The notes: a model not told the origin generated them from the letters alone. A stretch of 64,000 bases of DNA from Marsupella aquatica (GCA_973895155.1 OZ316899.1:11657775-11721774); one strand, 5' to 3'. Numbered from the stretch's first letter, positions 1 to 13,200 are shown. A program made the numbers and translations.

Positions 1-111
1 CTTTTAAGAAATTAAAAAAATTAAAAACCCTTGTATATATTGGCTTATTTATTTACATGCATCATGCCAATAACACTAACGGTGACTTTATGTGACGGGG
101 ACCCCGTCACA
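1..111. mobile_element. Probable end of an LTR (ends ...CCCCGTCACA) inserted into the family-B LTR ORF
   Basis: Homology to the family-B ORF (MCGLLALNIFGV) stops abruptly at 112. The left flank is AT-rich and ends in ACA within a perfect palindrome (90-112). The other end is outside the window. Confidence 0.45.
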
Positions 112-1984
112 TCTACCCCAAAGATGTTGAGGGCAAGTAGTCCGCACATCCTCCCATATTCTAGGGCTCTGGAACGTGCATAGGTGGAGTGGTTAGGAGA
201 TGTCGGCATCTCCCAACGCAGCCTTCGTTCCCATGTTGCCCTCTGTATTTCATCAAACGTGGGCAAAGGCCCGGCTTGAGTCCCTGCAAGACGCCAAATG
301 TCCTCCGACCATCCTTTGCCTGACAAATCCTTCTCCTTGGCCAGGGTTGCTTCCTCCAGGTCACTAAATCGCTGCTGCAACTCGTGATCAACCTGTTGTC
401 TCTCATCGTAATTTGGAGGAGGTATGTCCGATGGGGGAGACTTTGGGGCCTTTTGGTGTTGTGGATCCCCACGCACCACTCTTGGAAGTGTGGGGATAAA
501 ACGGCCACAGGTTTGCACCCCTGGTACCGAGCAATCCGACCTGTAACCCAAGTCCTTGTGGTATTCCTCCACGTGCTCCCCGGCTTCCGGACATCTTGGT
601 GCCTGCGGATCCTCTCTAGGACTAGCCGCAAACCCGACATCATGCCGGGGACTATGTATGCGTGCGACTTGCTCTTCTGGCTCCCGCACCCGGCCTCTGC
701 TAGTGGGGGGTCCACCCCTATGGCTTTTGCACTCCTTCTCAAGACTGAGAACCCTGGGTCCATGTCCCTCGGATTCTGAACTGGAGTTTCCTACATACCT
801 TTGCATTCCCGGCTCATTTTCCGGCCTGCTTCTCTTCACGGCCCCGGCCATGGGTTCTCCTCTAGCTGTTCTTGCGGTGCCTGCTACCGCTGCCTCTGGT
901 GCTAATGCCGCCTTCTCCTTCTTTAGTATCTGTAGAAGATGGATTACGTTGGAGGTGAGATAGAAGTCCCTCCCGTAGATCTTGGTTGAGCTGGACTTGT
1001 GGTCCCATGATCCCACAAATTCCAGTAAGTCTGACTCCAACACCTTTGGCTTCAGCCACGGCAATCTAACAAAGTCCTCCAAGCCTGATCCGGCCATGAA
1101 GCCCTGGTACTTTTTGGTCTGCATGGCTGTAAAGCATGCATCCTCCTCTCGTGCAAAATGTAGCTATACCGCCGGCGGTATTATTGTTGCCCAGCCCTTC
1201 CAGGTGTCATCTCGGGTAGGGATGGCATTGACTGGGTCAACTTCCGGTTCCTTGGCTCCCTGCTCTCTCTGGCTCCCTTGTTTGGCCGGTCTTCTTGATA
1301 CTGTCAACCTTGTCCTCTTGGCTGGTGTGTTTTCTTTGTTGTTGGCCATCGTTCTCTTCATTTCAGCTGCTCCTGACAATTCTCCCAACACTGTTGCTTT
1401 CGCCCACACCGCCATCCAACCCTTCAGGTCCCAATGTTTGTCGTTGCAGTTGTTTATGGCTTGCCGAATGCCGACAATTCTATTGTCTTGAATTAGAAGA
1501 TTGTCAAGCCCATTGGCAATAGGTGTCCACACAATTCAGCCTTGATGAACTCTCCTCCTAAGAAGGCCAACTTTTGCAATTCCCACAGCCAAGCAAGCAC
1601 TTGTCGCTCGCGGGCTGCTCTTTCTAATTCTTCCTCCTTGTAGGTCCCAACGTACTCACTTGCCCGTTTGAACAGGCATCCCCAAAAATGTGTCGCTTGA
1701 TTGATGTTGCTCATTCCGTCCTTTGTCGTTGCTTGGTAGCTGCTTATGCCCCCGTGTTCTCCTTTGCAGTTGACAGTCGTTGGCTTCTGCTTGCACTCTG
1801 CTTGATCAAGGTGCAAAATGTGAGCCGCCACTCCTGGGTGACCTTGCCTTACCCCCCCTCCGGCTTGCGCTGCTTGCCTTGGTTACTGATTACCAATAGC
1901 CATCAGCATTAACGTGCCCTAACCCTAATTGCAACCCATAGTGGCCATTACTCCTCTTACTCCCGGCCTCGGCTTGGGTTCCAT
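112..1984 (-). pseudogene. Family-B LTR-encoded protein, disrupted copy (frameshifts, stop, ~180-aa internal deletion)
   Basis: ORFs 1493-1831, 1164-1532 and 45-1124 align with the 33058-35841 proteins (MSNINQATHFWGCLF; MQTKKYQGFMAGSGLEDFVRLPWL; CGRFIPTLPRVVRGDP). Confidence 0.85.
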
Positions 1985-2102
1985 GTATACCCTTAGTTGT
2001 TTATGGTTTCCTTGTTTTTCTCCCCCTTATACTAGTGGTTTTATTGTATACCACCCGGTTTTACCTCTTACATGGCCTAGTGATTCCTGGCTAGACATCA
2101 CA
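112..2102 (-). mobile_element. Family-B giant LTR, 5' portion, inserted into the integrase region of gypsy family C
   Basis: Reverse complement from 2102 reads TGTGATGTCTAGCCAGGAATCACTAGGCCA, matching the solo-LTR start at 32943 (TGTGATGCCTAGACAGGAATCACTCGGCCA). The encoded peptides are colinear with 33058-35370. Confidence 0.85.
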
Positions 2103-3058
2103 TTCTAATCTTAGAGACTCTGGGATGTACACACGCTTATGCTTGTATTTCCATAATTGGACATTATGCATGGTACCCTAAACCCTAAACCCCAATGAAA
2201 CGTGCCTCACCTTGTATTGGCTACCCCCATTGCTTTGCCATTCCTTGGCTAATTTGTCATCCCCATATGCCTTGGCCAGAACCTTTGGCCACTCGGATTT
2301 GAGCATCGTGATCCCATTGACACGATGATGCTCCCTACGCGATAACGCGTCAGCTGCCGTGTTTGTCTTCCCCGGAACGTGATGGACTTCAAAATCAAAA
2401 TCCACCAAGACCATCTGCTAGCTCATTTCCTTGGGGTTCAGCCTTGACTTAGAACTGAAGCACCCAGTCGGCAAGCTATCTGTGTGTATTACCAATTTGG
2501 GACCATTTTTAAGGTAAGTCTCTCACTTCTTCAACGCGTAGATCACTGCATGCATTTCCCTTTCCGGTGTGATCCAATGATTTTCCAACTTACATGACTC
2601 AAAGGCCACATGACGCCCGTCTTGGTGACGACAAGCGCCAATGGCGTAATCACTTGCGTCTGTCCAAATCTCAAACGGCTTCCCCATCTCAGGTAACTTT
2701 AGAATCGACAATGTTATCATCAGCCACTTTAGTTCTAGGAATGCTAACTTGCAATCTTGTGTCCACACAAAAACTTTGTTGTTCATCGTTAGCACGTTTA
2801 GGGGCCTCACAATCCTTGCATAGTCTTTCATGTATCTTCGATAGAACCCCGTAAATCCTAAGAAGGCTCTAACCTGCCTTACAGTGGATGGACGCTCCCA
2901 TTCTTTGATCTCCTTAAGCTTGTCCTGACTAGGCGTAATCCCCTCCGGGGTAAAGGTATGGCCAAGGAACTGAATCTCGTTCATCGCAAACTTGCACTTA
3001 CTAGGTTAAGCAAAGAGACGAGCCTTACAAAGGCAAGAGAACACTTCTCTGAGCAACT
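2103..3058 (-). pseudogene. pol: Family-C pol, 3' part (RT thumb, RNase H, start of integrase)
   Basis: ORFs 2523-2984 (FLGFTGFYRRY, TDASDYAIG) and 2178-2414 (HVPGKTNTAADALSR). Confidence 0.9.
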
Positions 3059-3413
3059 TGTGACGCTGCCGGTACAGCGGTTAATGAGTGATTCGGTCTA
3101 ACTGCGCTTAGCACGCGCGTTAGGAGTGTCTTAGGCCGGTATTATTAGCATAACAATAGTATTTAGGTAATCATTATGGGTAGGACATCATTAGGCAATA
3201 AGGGGGAATTCAGGTTCGGATTGGCGGCGGGTCGCTATTCGCACACCCGGGTTACGAGCGTGGAGGGGCCCCTCCCTCGGGTCCGTATAACGTACTTAAG
3301 AAGCGGCCACTAACACGCGCTGACTCAGACCGGCTGAGTGGCCGGTACACCACAAGCATGAGCGGTTCAGCCTATGGGCGTCGAGGAGATGTCGGGGGAT
3401 CGAGCCCTCAAGG

Positions 3414-3420
3414 TATAAAA
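3414..3420 (+). promoter_or_regulatory. Putative TATA box of the family-A LTR (TATAAAA; also present at ~13537 in the 3' LTR)
   Basis: GGTATAAAAGGGG lies ~355 bp into the LTR and ~105 bp upstream of the LTR ORF ATG at 3522. Confidence 0.6.
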
Positions 3421-3521
3421 GGGGAGCCAACCCTTTGTAGTGCACCAGTCCATCAGTCCACGCGCCAGCTTCGACCCCAGCTCTCTCGTTCGCTCTAAGT
3501 CGCCACTACTATCTCCTCTGA

Positions 3522-6181
3522 ATGTTGCACACAATCCTCTCCAGCTCGGCCATTCGATTCTGGATGCAGTTCCTATCTACCGGAAGGCACTTGGCCGACT
3601 CATTGAAACACGCCAACCCGTGCCGATACGAAATCGAACGCGAGTACGAGAGAGCCATCCGCCTAGCAGGACGACACCACTACATCCTTAACTTTGACTA
3701 CCCGTCTTAGAGCGAGCTTTACCGACCAGCAGAGGTATCTGGGTACTTCTTCAATGGAGACAAATATATCGGTTTCTGGGAAGCATTGCTTCGGCTTCCG
3801 GACAAGGTCTTCAATATCCCGGGTACGATCGACTTGCAACGACATCACTTCGACCACATCCCTGCTCAGGTTTGGGCTATCATCAACAGCGAGTCCAGCA
3901 CTACCCGTTCGACAAGGTCATCTGCACTCGCTTTGGAGAACTTCTACCAGCACCTACAGAGCTTCATGGGAACTCGACCATCAACCAACATGACCAACTC
4001 AGTTGAACCCGTACCCGTACCCATGCAACCTTAGGCTCAACCTCAGGCTCAACCTCAGGCTCAGCTTCAGCTTCAGCCGCAGCCGTAGCCTAGCCAAACC
4101 CCACCACCGATCGCCCAGCCAGCACAAGTACGCTCCATCATCAACGCTATGGATCTTAGCGATGACGACGAGGCTACCCCACCCTTGACCAGGCGGCCCA
4201 GAAGAACAAGCGCTTAGGGGGCCGACACTATATCGTCCCCACCCCCTGCTCTGACCCCAGGAGCGGCCCCGGCAGACAACATGGTGACCATGGCCGCCCG
4301 GGCCCGTTACTAACGGCAGTGGCACTACCCAGGCCCAATCGGGAGGATGGGGAAGTGTCAGCTTCCCCGAGCCAGTCATTGGGGAAGAAGAGGAAGGAAT
4401 CCACCACAACATTCGGGTTACCGTTGGCCACGGTAGCCATAGCCAAGGTGACAATGCACCGCATGGGGGAAAACGTTCACAAAAACATCCTCCATCCCAA
4501 GCATGCGGTGTACCTGAAGACTCAGGGATTCGAGCACCTCGCCTCCCTCCACTGGAACACTTGCAGGTACTACGGGGAGGACATGACGGAGTTCGTCAGG
4601 AATTATGATGACACGCGTCAACATACTCGGCTGCAGGGAAGGAGTATGTCCCTCACGGAAGAACGGCTCGGGATGATCTTCGGGTTACCCGAAGGTGACC
4701 ATCGAGTCGAATCACGGGCTCCCGGGGGCAAGGGAGCCAAGTACCAATCTTCAAGTTTTCCCTCAGAGGGAGCAGTGGACAACGGGTTCGTGATGAAGAC
4801 CTGCCTCATCCCCGAGATAGCTGAGCGACTGGAGTTCCAGAGGTACGCCCTCCACATGATGGAACCCCGGGGGGAGATCTCCGCCGCCCAGGTTATCCAG
4901 GTCGAGAACTATCGACCTAGGAAGTGGGCGTCGTACTTCGCTAAGAAATTCCATGAAGAGATGGAGCGGCGAAGGAAGACGCTGTACATTGGCGGGAAGG
5001 CGTATTTCGCTAGCCACATCGAGATCATTCTTGAGTGGTACGCCCGGTTTGATCGACGAACCCTTCCCCGTGTCAACGTTACAAAGCTGGTCCCAGCTAG
5101 GTGGGTTTTCCCGGCCTTGGAGAGACGGCCCCAACCCGAGGCCCGAAGTCCAGCGGACACGCCAGCTTCACCCACCCCACCTCCACAAGTAGCTGTAGTC
5201 GTAACCGAGGAGGTACCGGATGGGTCGGTTGTCGCAACCGTTGATGCGACCCAACAAGCCGGGCTAAGTACAGAAGTCGATACGGCGGAGGTCTTACCCG
5301 AGCCCGGGTCTCCCAAAGACCCACCGGTGGCTATTCCGGAGAACCGGACATTGCTGCAGGAGGACACTCTAGCCCCTTCCAACGTTACGTCCCCAGGGCT
5401 GGACGTCACTGCCCCGGCCCCCGCGCGTGTTGACGTCTGCCCGTGCCCAACTCCGGACAGGCACAACCTGGACCACCTGGAACTCTTCGTACCGGGTACA
5501 TTTCTGAACGGGCTTCTGGGAGATTTCTCTCATCAAATTGCCCGGGATATCGGGGACTTCATGGCCCGAAAGGTAGCCTGTTTCTTCAATCAGGAGTTGG
5601 TTGCCGTAGTAAAGGCAGGTCGGGCCCAGTCAGAGGCCCTTCAAAGGATAGAGCGGTACCGGGTGGAGTCCGTGTACCTAAAGAACGAAGTTGCGGCTCA
5701 AGAGGCTGAGCTTCTGGAACTACGACCCAAGGTTGCAGCCGCCGATGAGTTGTTAGCAAAGGCGCACGCTCTTACCGCCCTAGCCGAACAGGCCAAAGCT
5801 GGGAACGAGGCCGAGATTACACGACTCCGGAACCAGATTGACAGTTTGAAGAATCAAACCGTCACCTGGCAGAAAGACCTGGAGGAGGCCGAGGAACGAG
5901 CCCAGCGGGATACGGCGAAGATAGCCACGCTGCAGGCCGAGGTGGCGCGGCTCCAAACCGAGGCCGAGAAGCAGGACCAGCTGGCGGGTAAACTGACGAG
6001 CGACGCCCAGCAGCTGGAGGAGGCATGTCAGGAGGCAGCAGAGGAGACGGACGCGGCGAGGCGAGAGAACGAATCTCTGCTGGACCAGGTCCAGCTCCTC
6101 AAGGCGGACAATGACAGGCTTCGAAGGCAGCGGGATGGCCGCTCCCATTCGGGCGGCTCTGGCAAGCGTGCCAGGCATTAG
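3522..6181 (+). pseudogene. LTR-encoded ~886-aa protein (N-terminal domain, PQ linker, plant-transposon-protein/PMD-like core, coiled coil), 5' LTR copy
   Basis: ORFs 3522-3710, 3786-4034 and 4319-6181 join when four TAG stops (CAG in the 3' LTR) and a 1-bp deletion near 4300 are repaired from the other LTR. Confidence 0.85.
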
Positions 6182-7092
6182 CAGTGGAGTAGGAATAGAT
6201 TAGGATTAGGACTGGCTTAGTCAGGCTCTTGGGACAGGCACCTGCCTTAGGTACAGCAGCGCTGCCATGCTGTCCAGCCTGCGTAGATTAGGATCTTCTA
6301 ATAAGACACAGTCGTTTTCCGGCCTGACTGTCAGCTTAGTTAGGACCTTAGTCAGCGAATCTTCGGCAAGAGGACACCCCGTCCCTCGTCCCTTAGTATT
6401 TAGTGCACCCCTCGGTAGAGGCAAGGGGGGCGGTTTTAGTTGCAGAGTTGGACGTCCGCGGTATGTGCGGGGAGTCCCGACCTCTGGGAATGAAAGAGTA
6501 CCAAGAGGAGGGGGTAGGACTAAGCTCGCCGGGCGAGTGCGGAGCCGGGCTCCGTTGTAGTGTGCACCCTCGGCCTTGAACCTGTTCATTCCGGGGCTGT
6601 CGGGTCAACTAAGTGTACGCATATGTTCCCTTTGTAGTAAAATCCTTTCCCATCATTTTCCTTTGTGTAAATCGAGATTGTATGCATGTGCGCGTGTATG
6701 TGTGTGGGTTTCTCGTATATGGGTGGCAGCGCCAGGCCGAACGCACTACCCGAGATGTGCACAGGGTGCAGCCTGCGGGTAAGTGGTTGCGAGCACGGGT
6801 TGAGGACCTGTATCATCGAATCTGGATCAAAGGCGGACAGCACGAAGGCTTAGAAGCCCTTAAGCCGGGGTCGATCTTGCTATCCACTAAGGTACGTTCC
6901 GGCGGCGAAACACAAACCATACCTAGGAGGTGTCCGTATTTAGCAGTATGCGCACTTAGCGCTAGTTTACAAGAATAAGGTGCATTACGTGCTTCCCTTC
7001 CTGCCCGAACACTCAGATTTACGAGGGATGTGCCCGTCTAAGCTGAAGTCTGAGTTAAGGCCGCAGCCGACGACGTGACATAGCCTTTGTTT

Positions 7093-7111
7093 TGGTGCTA
7101 GATGGAGGGGG
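7093..7111 (+). other. Putative primer-binding site (TGGTGCTAGATGGAGGGGG), 12 nt after the 5' LTR; primer tRNA not identified
   Basis: First TGG-initiated tract downstream of the LTR end and upstream of gag. Confidence 0.5.
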
Positions 7112-7203
7112 CACTCTACATATCATAGAGGGGAGACATGTGCGTATTCACCTAGGTAGGATACATCAGGACGTAGTACTAACCATCGCATTTATATGAG
7201 TAA

Positions 7204-10200
7204 ATGCCCGTCACTCGTTCTCAAGCAGCTTACTTGAGGAGATTGACCAACGAACGAGAAAGTGCAACCACGACAAGTTCCGATTCTTCGGGCTCGGAGG
7301 ACTCGCAATCGCCCTGACGTATGAACATACCCCCGGGACCTTCGGGGTCCGGTTCGACCGGTCCTGCTGCGGTTCCTCCGCCACCACCACCACCACCGCC
7401 ACCTCCACCACCACCTATGGCAGCCGCTCCACCGATGGCCCGCGCTGCTCAAGCTCCTCCACAAATATTGCAACGATCGCGATTTCATTATCGACCTTTC
7501 AAGGGGCGTCATGGGGACGATCCGGATGAATGGTTGGATGAGTTTGAAGCCACTGCTAAAGCTAATGGGGAAGACGCCATTAAGCTAACCGTCCTCCCGG
7601 GAGTGATGCGGGGAGAAGCTCGTCCATGGTACAACTCGTTGCCACCCGGGACTACATGGGCACAATTCCAAGCTGCATTGCTGCAGGAGTTTCGTGCCAT
7701 TGGATCAGAATAGCGTTCTCTATTAAAGATTGGCCAGCTTCGCATGGGAAAGAAGGAGTCCCTACGGAAGTTCATTCAGAAGTTTCAGAAACTTGCGGCC
7801 AAGATCCGACCCAGGCCGGGAGATGCGCTCCATCTTACATGGTTCCTTCATGGTTTGCCCACGAATATGCAATTCTGGGTACGCCAGAATAATCCAATTT
7901 CAATGCAGGCGGCCATAGCGTGCGACGAAACTTACCGGGAGTCCACCTATAACTCCCGGCGGAGCCAGCGAGCACGCCGCAAGAAGGGTAAGTACGAGAC
8001 GTTCAGTGACAGTGACTCCGAATCGGACGACGAGAGGAAGAAGAAACGAAAGAAGAAGAAGAAACATCGTTCGACCTCGTCCAACTCGGAGACGGAATCC
8101 AGTTCGGATTCAGCTTCAAGCACCGGATCCTCTACCTCCAGTTCATCAGGAAGTGACTCGGAGAGCGGAAGCTGGAGCAAAAAGAAGAAGAGACGAGTGA
8201 AGAAGGAGGGGAAGATCAAACCCCGGGCGTGAAGAACGATACCAGATCCAAAGGCTGCCGAAGCAGACAAGCTGAACGAAATCACGGATCGACTCAAAGC
8301 ACTGTCAGTACATCTTGCGGAAAAGCCGGTGGAGAAGAAGCAGCCATCTGAGATTCGAGCCCATGCGTGGTGTTCAAAGTGCTTCCAATCCGGCCATGTG
8401 GTGCAGGAATGCCCAAGGTGGAAGAACCGAGTTCACCAAGTAGAGCTGGATGATGTTGACAACCCGGGTCCCGAATCGGAGTCCACGGAGTATTTCTTTG
8501 AGGACCCTCTTGATTCCGTGTACCAGATTTCAACGATAGGTCCGCGTAATTTAGCGGGTAGAACTGCGTACCCCTACCCAAACAATGGCCGGAGTTTCCA
8601 GGTTATCAGTAACCCGAGCATCCCTCCTAAGCCAGGGATTTGGCGATCCCCGGTTTGTTATAACTGTGAAAAGCCAGGACACTTTGCGAGGGAATGCACC
8701 GAACCAAGACGTCAGGGAGATGGCCGAGGCACCCCACTATGTCAAGTCTGCAAAACGGAGGCTCATTCCACGGCCAACTGTCCGTTGGTAATCGCTGCTC
8801 GAATGAGCGCAGCTAGACCGGCCCAGGCTGGACCGGCCACGAGCGATGCAGTCATCCAAATGATTGTTGTAGAATGGCAAGATGACAACACCAAGTGGGT
8901 GAATCTGGTGGACGTGGCGGAACACCCTAATCCATCTGACGAGGTTGAGTGCTATCGTGTGTCAACAAGAGCTGAACGGAAGGAAGAGAAGCAGGAGGAG
9001 AAATGCAGGAAAAAGCAAGATACTACTCCGGTGCAGCCAGCGATAGATATACCCCCGGAGAAGGACGATGACTACCGACGGGAAAACCCGAAGCTATTTT
9101 TCCCCCGCATCGAAGAATTGGTAAAGAAACAGCTGGAGGCTTACGAAGCTCGGGAATACCAGAAGGCAATCGATAAGGACATCAAAGCAGCCGAGACAGC
9201 CCGGCGACAGGAGCAAGAAAAGCAAGATAAACAAGAGGAAGCCAAGCAACAGCCGAAGGAAGAAACGAAGGAGGACTATGATATTAAGGAGGACGTGAAG
9301 AGTTGCCCGGTTACAGCGACGGTGGGGCAACTGCTGCAGAACAACCCACAGTACAGACGGCAACTAAGGGAGTTGCTCATGGGTCGCCGAAGGAGGAGAC
9401 TACCCCGAGTTGGGATCGCGGACTGCAACATGATATACGAGGACCTTGGAGCGCCGGACATCTCGATCGAAATTAATAATTGTACCATCAAGATGGTTCT
9501 TGTAGACGGAGGAGCGGGAGTCAACATCATGACTGAAGAAACGTCAGTCAAGTTAGGATACCTCACGTATCAACCCACAGCCCGAGCTATCAGATTAGCA
9601 AACGGGGCAAGGGTCCTCCCATTAGGCACGCTCACACGAGTGCTCACTCTGGTGGGAGGGGTGGAGTTCTATCTCAACTTCCTAGTTATGAGGCCGGTTC
9701 GTCCCTCCTCTTACCCGGTTCTTCTGGGCAGGCCGTGGCTGTACGGTGGCCGCGTAGTCACGGATTGGGGAAAGAAGGAGCTACGGTTCGGGGAACCCAC
9801 CGTACGGGTATCATGGGCAATGGACGATTATCAGGGAGAAACCCCACAAGGACCCGAGGAATATGATTCGGAGACCTCGGAGGAAGAGGAACTCAATATG
9901 ATTGAACTCATCTCGTCCCTGTCCGAGGAAGATGTCTTCGGAGTTGAAGCAACCCGCAAAACACATCTCCTAAATTACCCGAGGGCTGCCATTGAGTCCA
10001 CCCCAAGCACATCTACTGTCGGGGATGAGGAAAAGCACGAACAACTCGTCGAGACGGAGGACATGGCTCCAACTAAGCAGGGAGCCGAGGCTGCTTCTAC
10101 CATTGCAGAGCCTCGTAACCACGAACCAGTCCAACAACCGCCCGAGGCCGAAAACTCGAGACCGAGACATAAGAAACGAGTCTCATGGGATCCGTCCATT

Positions 10201-13200
10201 CCGCATTTGGAGGAAGTAACTCCAATCCCGAGACCAATCCCGGTTCCACCCATGTACGGAGGAGTTCGGTTAGCTGAGCTTGATGCAAGCCTGGACCCGA
10301 GCCTACGAAACCAGGTTGAAGTCATCAGGAAGGAGCACTACCGGAAGTACACTATTGGGATGGACAAATCTTTTAACCTGGGCCACGCTCTGACAGGGGA
10401 GGCTGAAAAATCCATCCAAGCTTTGCTCAAGGAATATGAAGATGTGTTTGCATGGAGTCATCATGATTTAACAGGCGTCTCCCCCGAGTTGGGAGAACAC
10501 ACGATCGATCTGAACCTAGGAGCCCATGCGGTACGGCAGCGACAACATCGCATGAACCCGAGGTACTCCATCTTAGTGAAGGAGGAAATTGATCGTCTCC
10601 TCGCCGCCAATATCATCTACCCGGTAATGGCCAACGACTGGGTCTCTCCCATTGTCATTGTACCAAAGAAGGGAGGTACGGATGGAAAACCTAAGATTCG
10701 TATTTGTCAGGACTACCGTAAGCTGAACAACGCAACCCGAAAAGACCATTACCCATTACCATTCAGGGATATGGTTCTAGATATGGTAGCCCGAAATGAA
10801 ATCTATACATTTCTTGACGGGTATTCAGGTTATAACCAAATCTGGATTCGCCTCGCGGATCAGCTCAAAACAACTTTCACTACGGAGTGGGGGACTTTCG
10901 CATTTCGGAGGATGCCTTTCGGTCTGTGTAACGCCCCGACCATGTTTCAGTGCCTTATGATGAATATCTTCCACGATTTCCTACGGGAATTTCTGGAGAT
11001 ATTTATCGATGACTTTGCCATCTTCGGAACCGTTGCCATGCACCCCGAACACCTAAGACGAACGTTGCAACGATGCCGAGATGTTAACCTCAAACTACAT
11101 CCCACCAAATGCTTCTTCGGGGTAGAGGAGGGGGTGTTACTCGGGCATCGTGTGTCCAAACGGGGCATTGAGGTGGACCAAGAGAAAGTTGCGGCCTGGA
11201 TGGCAGTGGTGTTCCCCGTGGATCAAAAAGTAGTACGATCCTTCTTGGGCTGCGTAGGGTATTACCGTCGGTTCATTAAAGATTTTGCTAAAATAGCTTT
11301 GCCCTTAACAGAGATGATGAAAACGGACGCGGTGATCGAGGAGACCCCAAGGAGACGGGTTGCTTTCGAAGAACTCCGTAAAAGACTCACCACCGCACCT
11401 ATCATGGTCACTCCAGACTGGAACAAGGAGTTCCACGTGTATGTCAACGTGTCAGGGTTCTGTATCGGGTCTGTGCTTAGTCAGCTTGATACGGACGGAC
11501 GCGATCACCCCATCTACTTCGCTAGCCGTCAATTATTCACAGCCAAAAAAAATTATTCCCCCACGGATCGAGAGGCACTGGGCATAATCTACTCATGTAA
11601 GAAGTTCCGGCACTATCTGCTCGGCTACAAGGTCATCTTCCACACGGATCACGACAGCCTGAAGTACATGGTCAACAAAGCAGACATAACGGGACGGATA
11701 GCCCGTTGGGTGCTACTTCTCCAGGAATTTAACTACGAAGTTTGGGTTCGGCCAGGAAAGGCACACCTCAATGCCGACTTCTTTTCACGGCTGGACGGCG
11801 TACCAGTCGATCAGCCAATTGATGATATTTTTCCGGATGAGGAGTTGTTCCACATAGGGGAGGGGACACCAACGTGGTACGGCTCAATAATCACCTTCCT
11901 TTTAACGGGCCGCATCCCTGACGGCATCAATCAGGAGGCCGCCGTTGTGTTTTTACGGAACGCCGGGCCTTACGTCATGATACAGGGTCACCTACATAAG
12001 GAAGGTATTAATGGAAAGTTACGACGCTGCTTAGAGTATAAGGAGATGCTTATCGTGATGCGGGCCCTGCATGAAGAAGAAGCTGGAGGCCATTTCGCGG
12101 TGGTCACGACAGCCCGAAAGATTCTGGACTCGGGGTATTGGTGGCCTACGTTGCATCGGGATGTACAGCGCTTCATTAAGGGCTGTGACTTGTGTCAGCG
12201 AGTTGGGGCCCCAAGGCGGGCTCATCATCACCCGCTCACATCTGTGCTTCCATTGGCACCATTCGAAAAATGGGGAATTGATTATATCGGGTCGTTTACT
12301 CCCGTTACCCGAAGGCGAAGATGCAGGTACATCCTACTAGCTATTGATTACTCCACCAAGTGGGTCGAAGCGCGGGCTACGGTAAAGGACGACGCCGCAA
12401 CCAGTGCCAGATTCTTATACGAACAGATTTTCACCCGATTCGGCCCGCCCTTAGAATTGGTAAGCGACCGTGGAACCCACTTCCTCAATGACACCGTAGT
12501 CCAGCTTACGGAGCATTACCTAGTCAAGCACCGCAAGACTACCCCGTATCATCCTAAAGCCAACGGGATGGCGGAGAGAGCAAATGGTATCATTGGGAAG
12601 ATCCTCAACAAAACAGTAGCTGCGCACAAAACGGATTGGGATGATAAGTTGTACGCAGCGGTGTACTCGTATAATCTAGCTTACAAAACTACTACGAGTC
12701 ACAGCCCGTACTTTCTTGTGTTCGGCCAACATTCGTTGGTGCCCGTCGAGTTTGAAGTACACACTCCACGGGTCAGCATTCGGGATCGCTTACCTGAATC
12801 TGAAAGTTCGTCAGACCGAGCTTATCAGATTGAAGCCTTGGAAGAAGCATGGCTACTAGCAGCTCGACATGCCGTGAAGAAACAGGCAACTTTGAAGAAG
12901 CAGCACGACAAAGGACTACGGAGGGTCGACGTCGTGGCAGGCGTCTAGTCCTTCTATACGATAGTAGGTACATGCAGTTTCCAGGGAAGCTTCATACCCG
13001 GTGGTTAGGGCCCTTCCTTGTCAATCAGATCTACCGTAACGGATCTTTGGAGCTTGCGACGTATGCCGGCGATTTACTCCCCACGCGAATCAGCTACGAT
13101 CGTGTAAAAAAGTACCACCATCAAGATGACGACGCCGAGAGTGATGTTCGTGAGGACGCTTCACAATTAAGCAGGGAGCTATGTGACGCCGCCGGTACGG

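Larger units (their letters stand above)
3059..7080 (+). repeat. Family-A 5' LTR (4022 bp)
   Basis: Direct repeat of 13182-17187 (by eye a few percent mismatches). TG...CA ends, followed by a PBS-like tract. Confidence 0.97.

Noticed and set aside
4319-6181. LTR ORF as an envelope gene
   Set aside because: No evident signal peptide or transmembrane helix. It has a coiled coil and basic NLS-like motifs instead.
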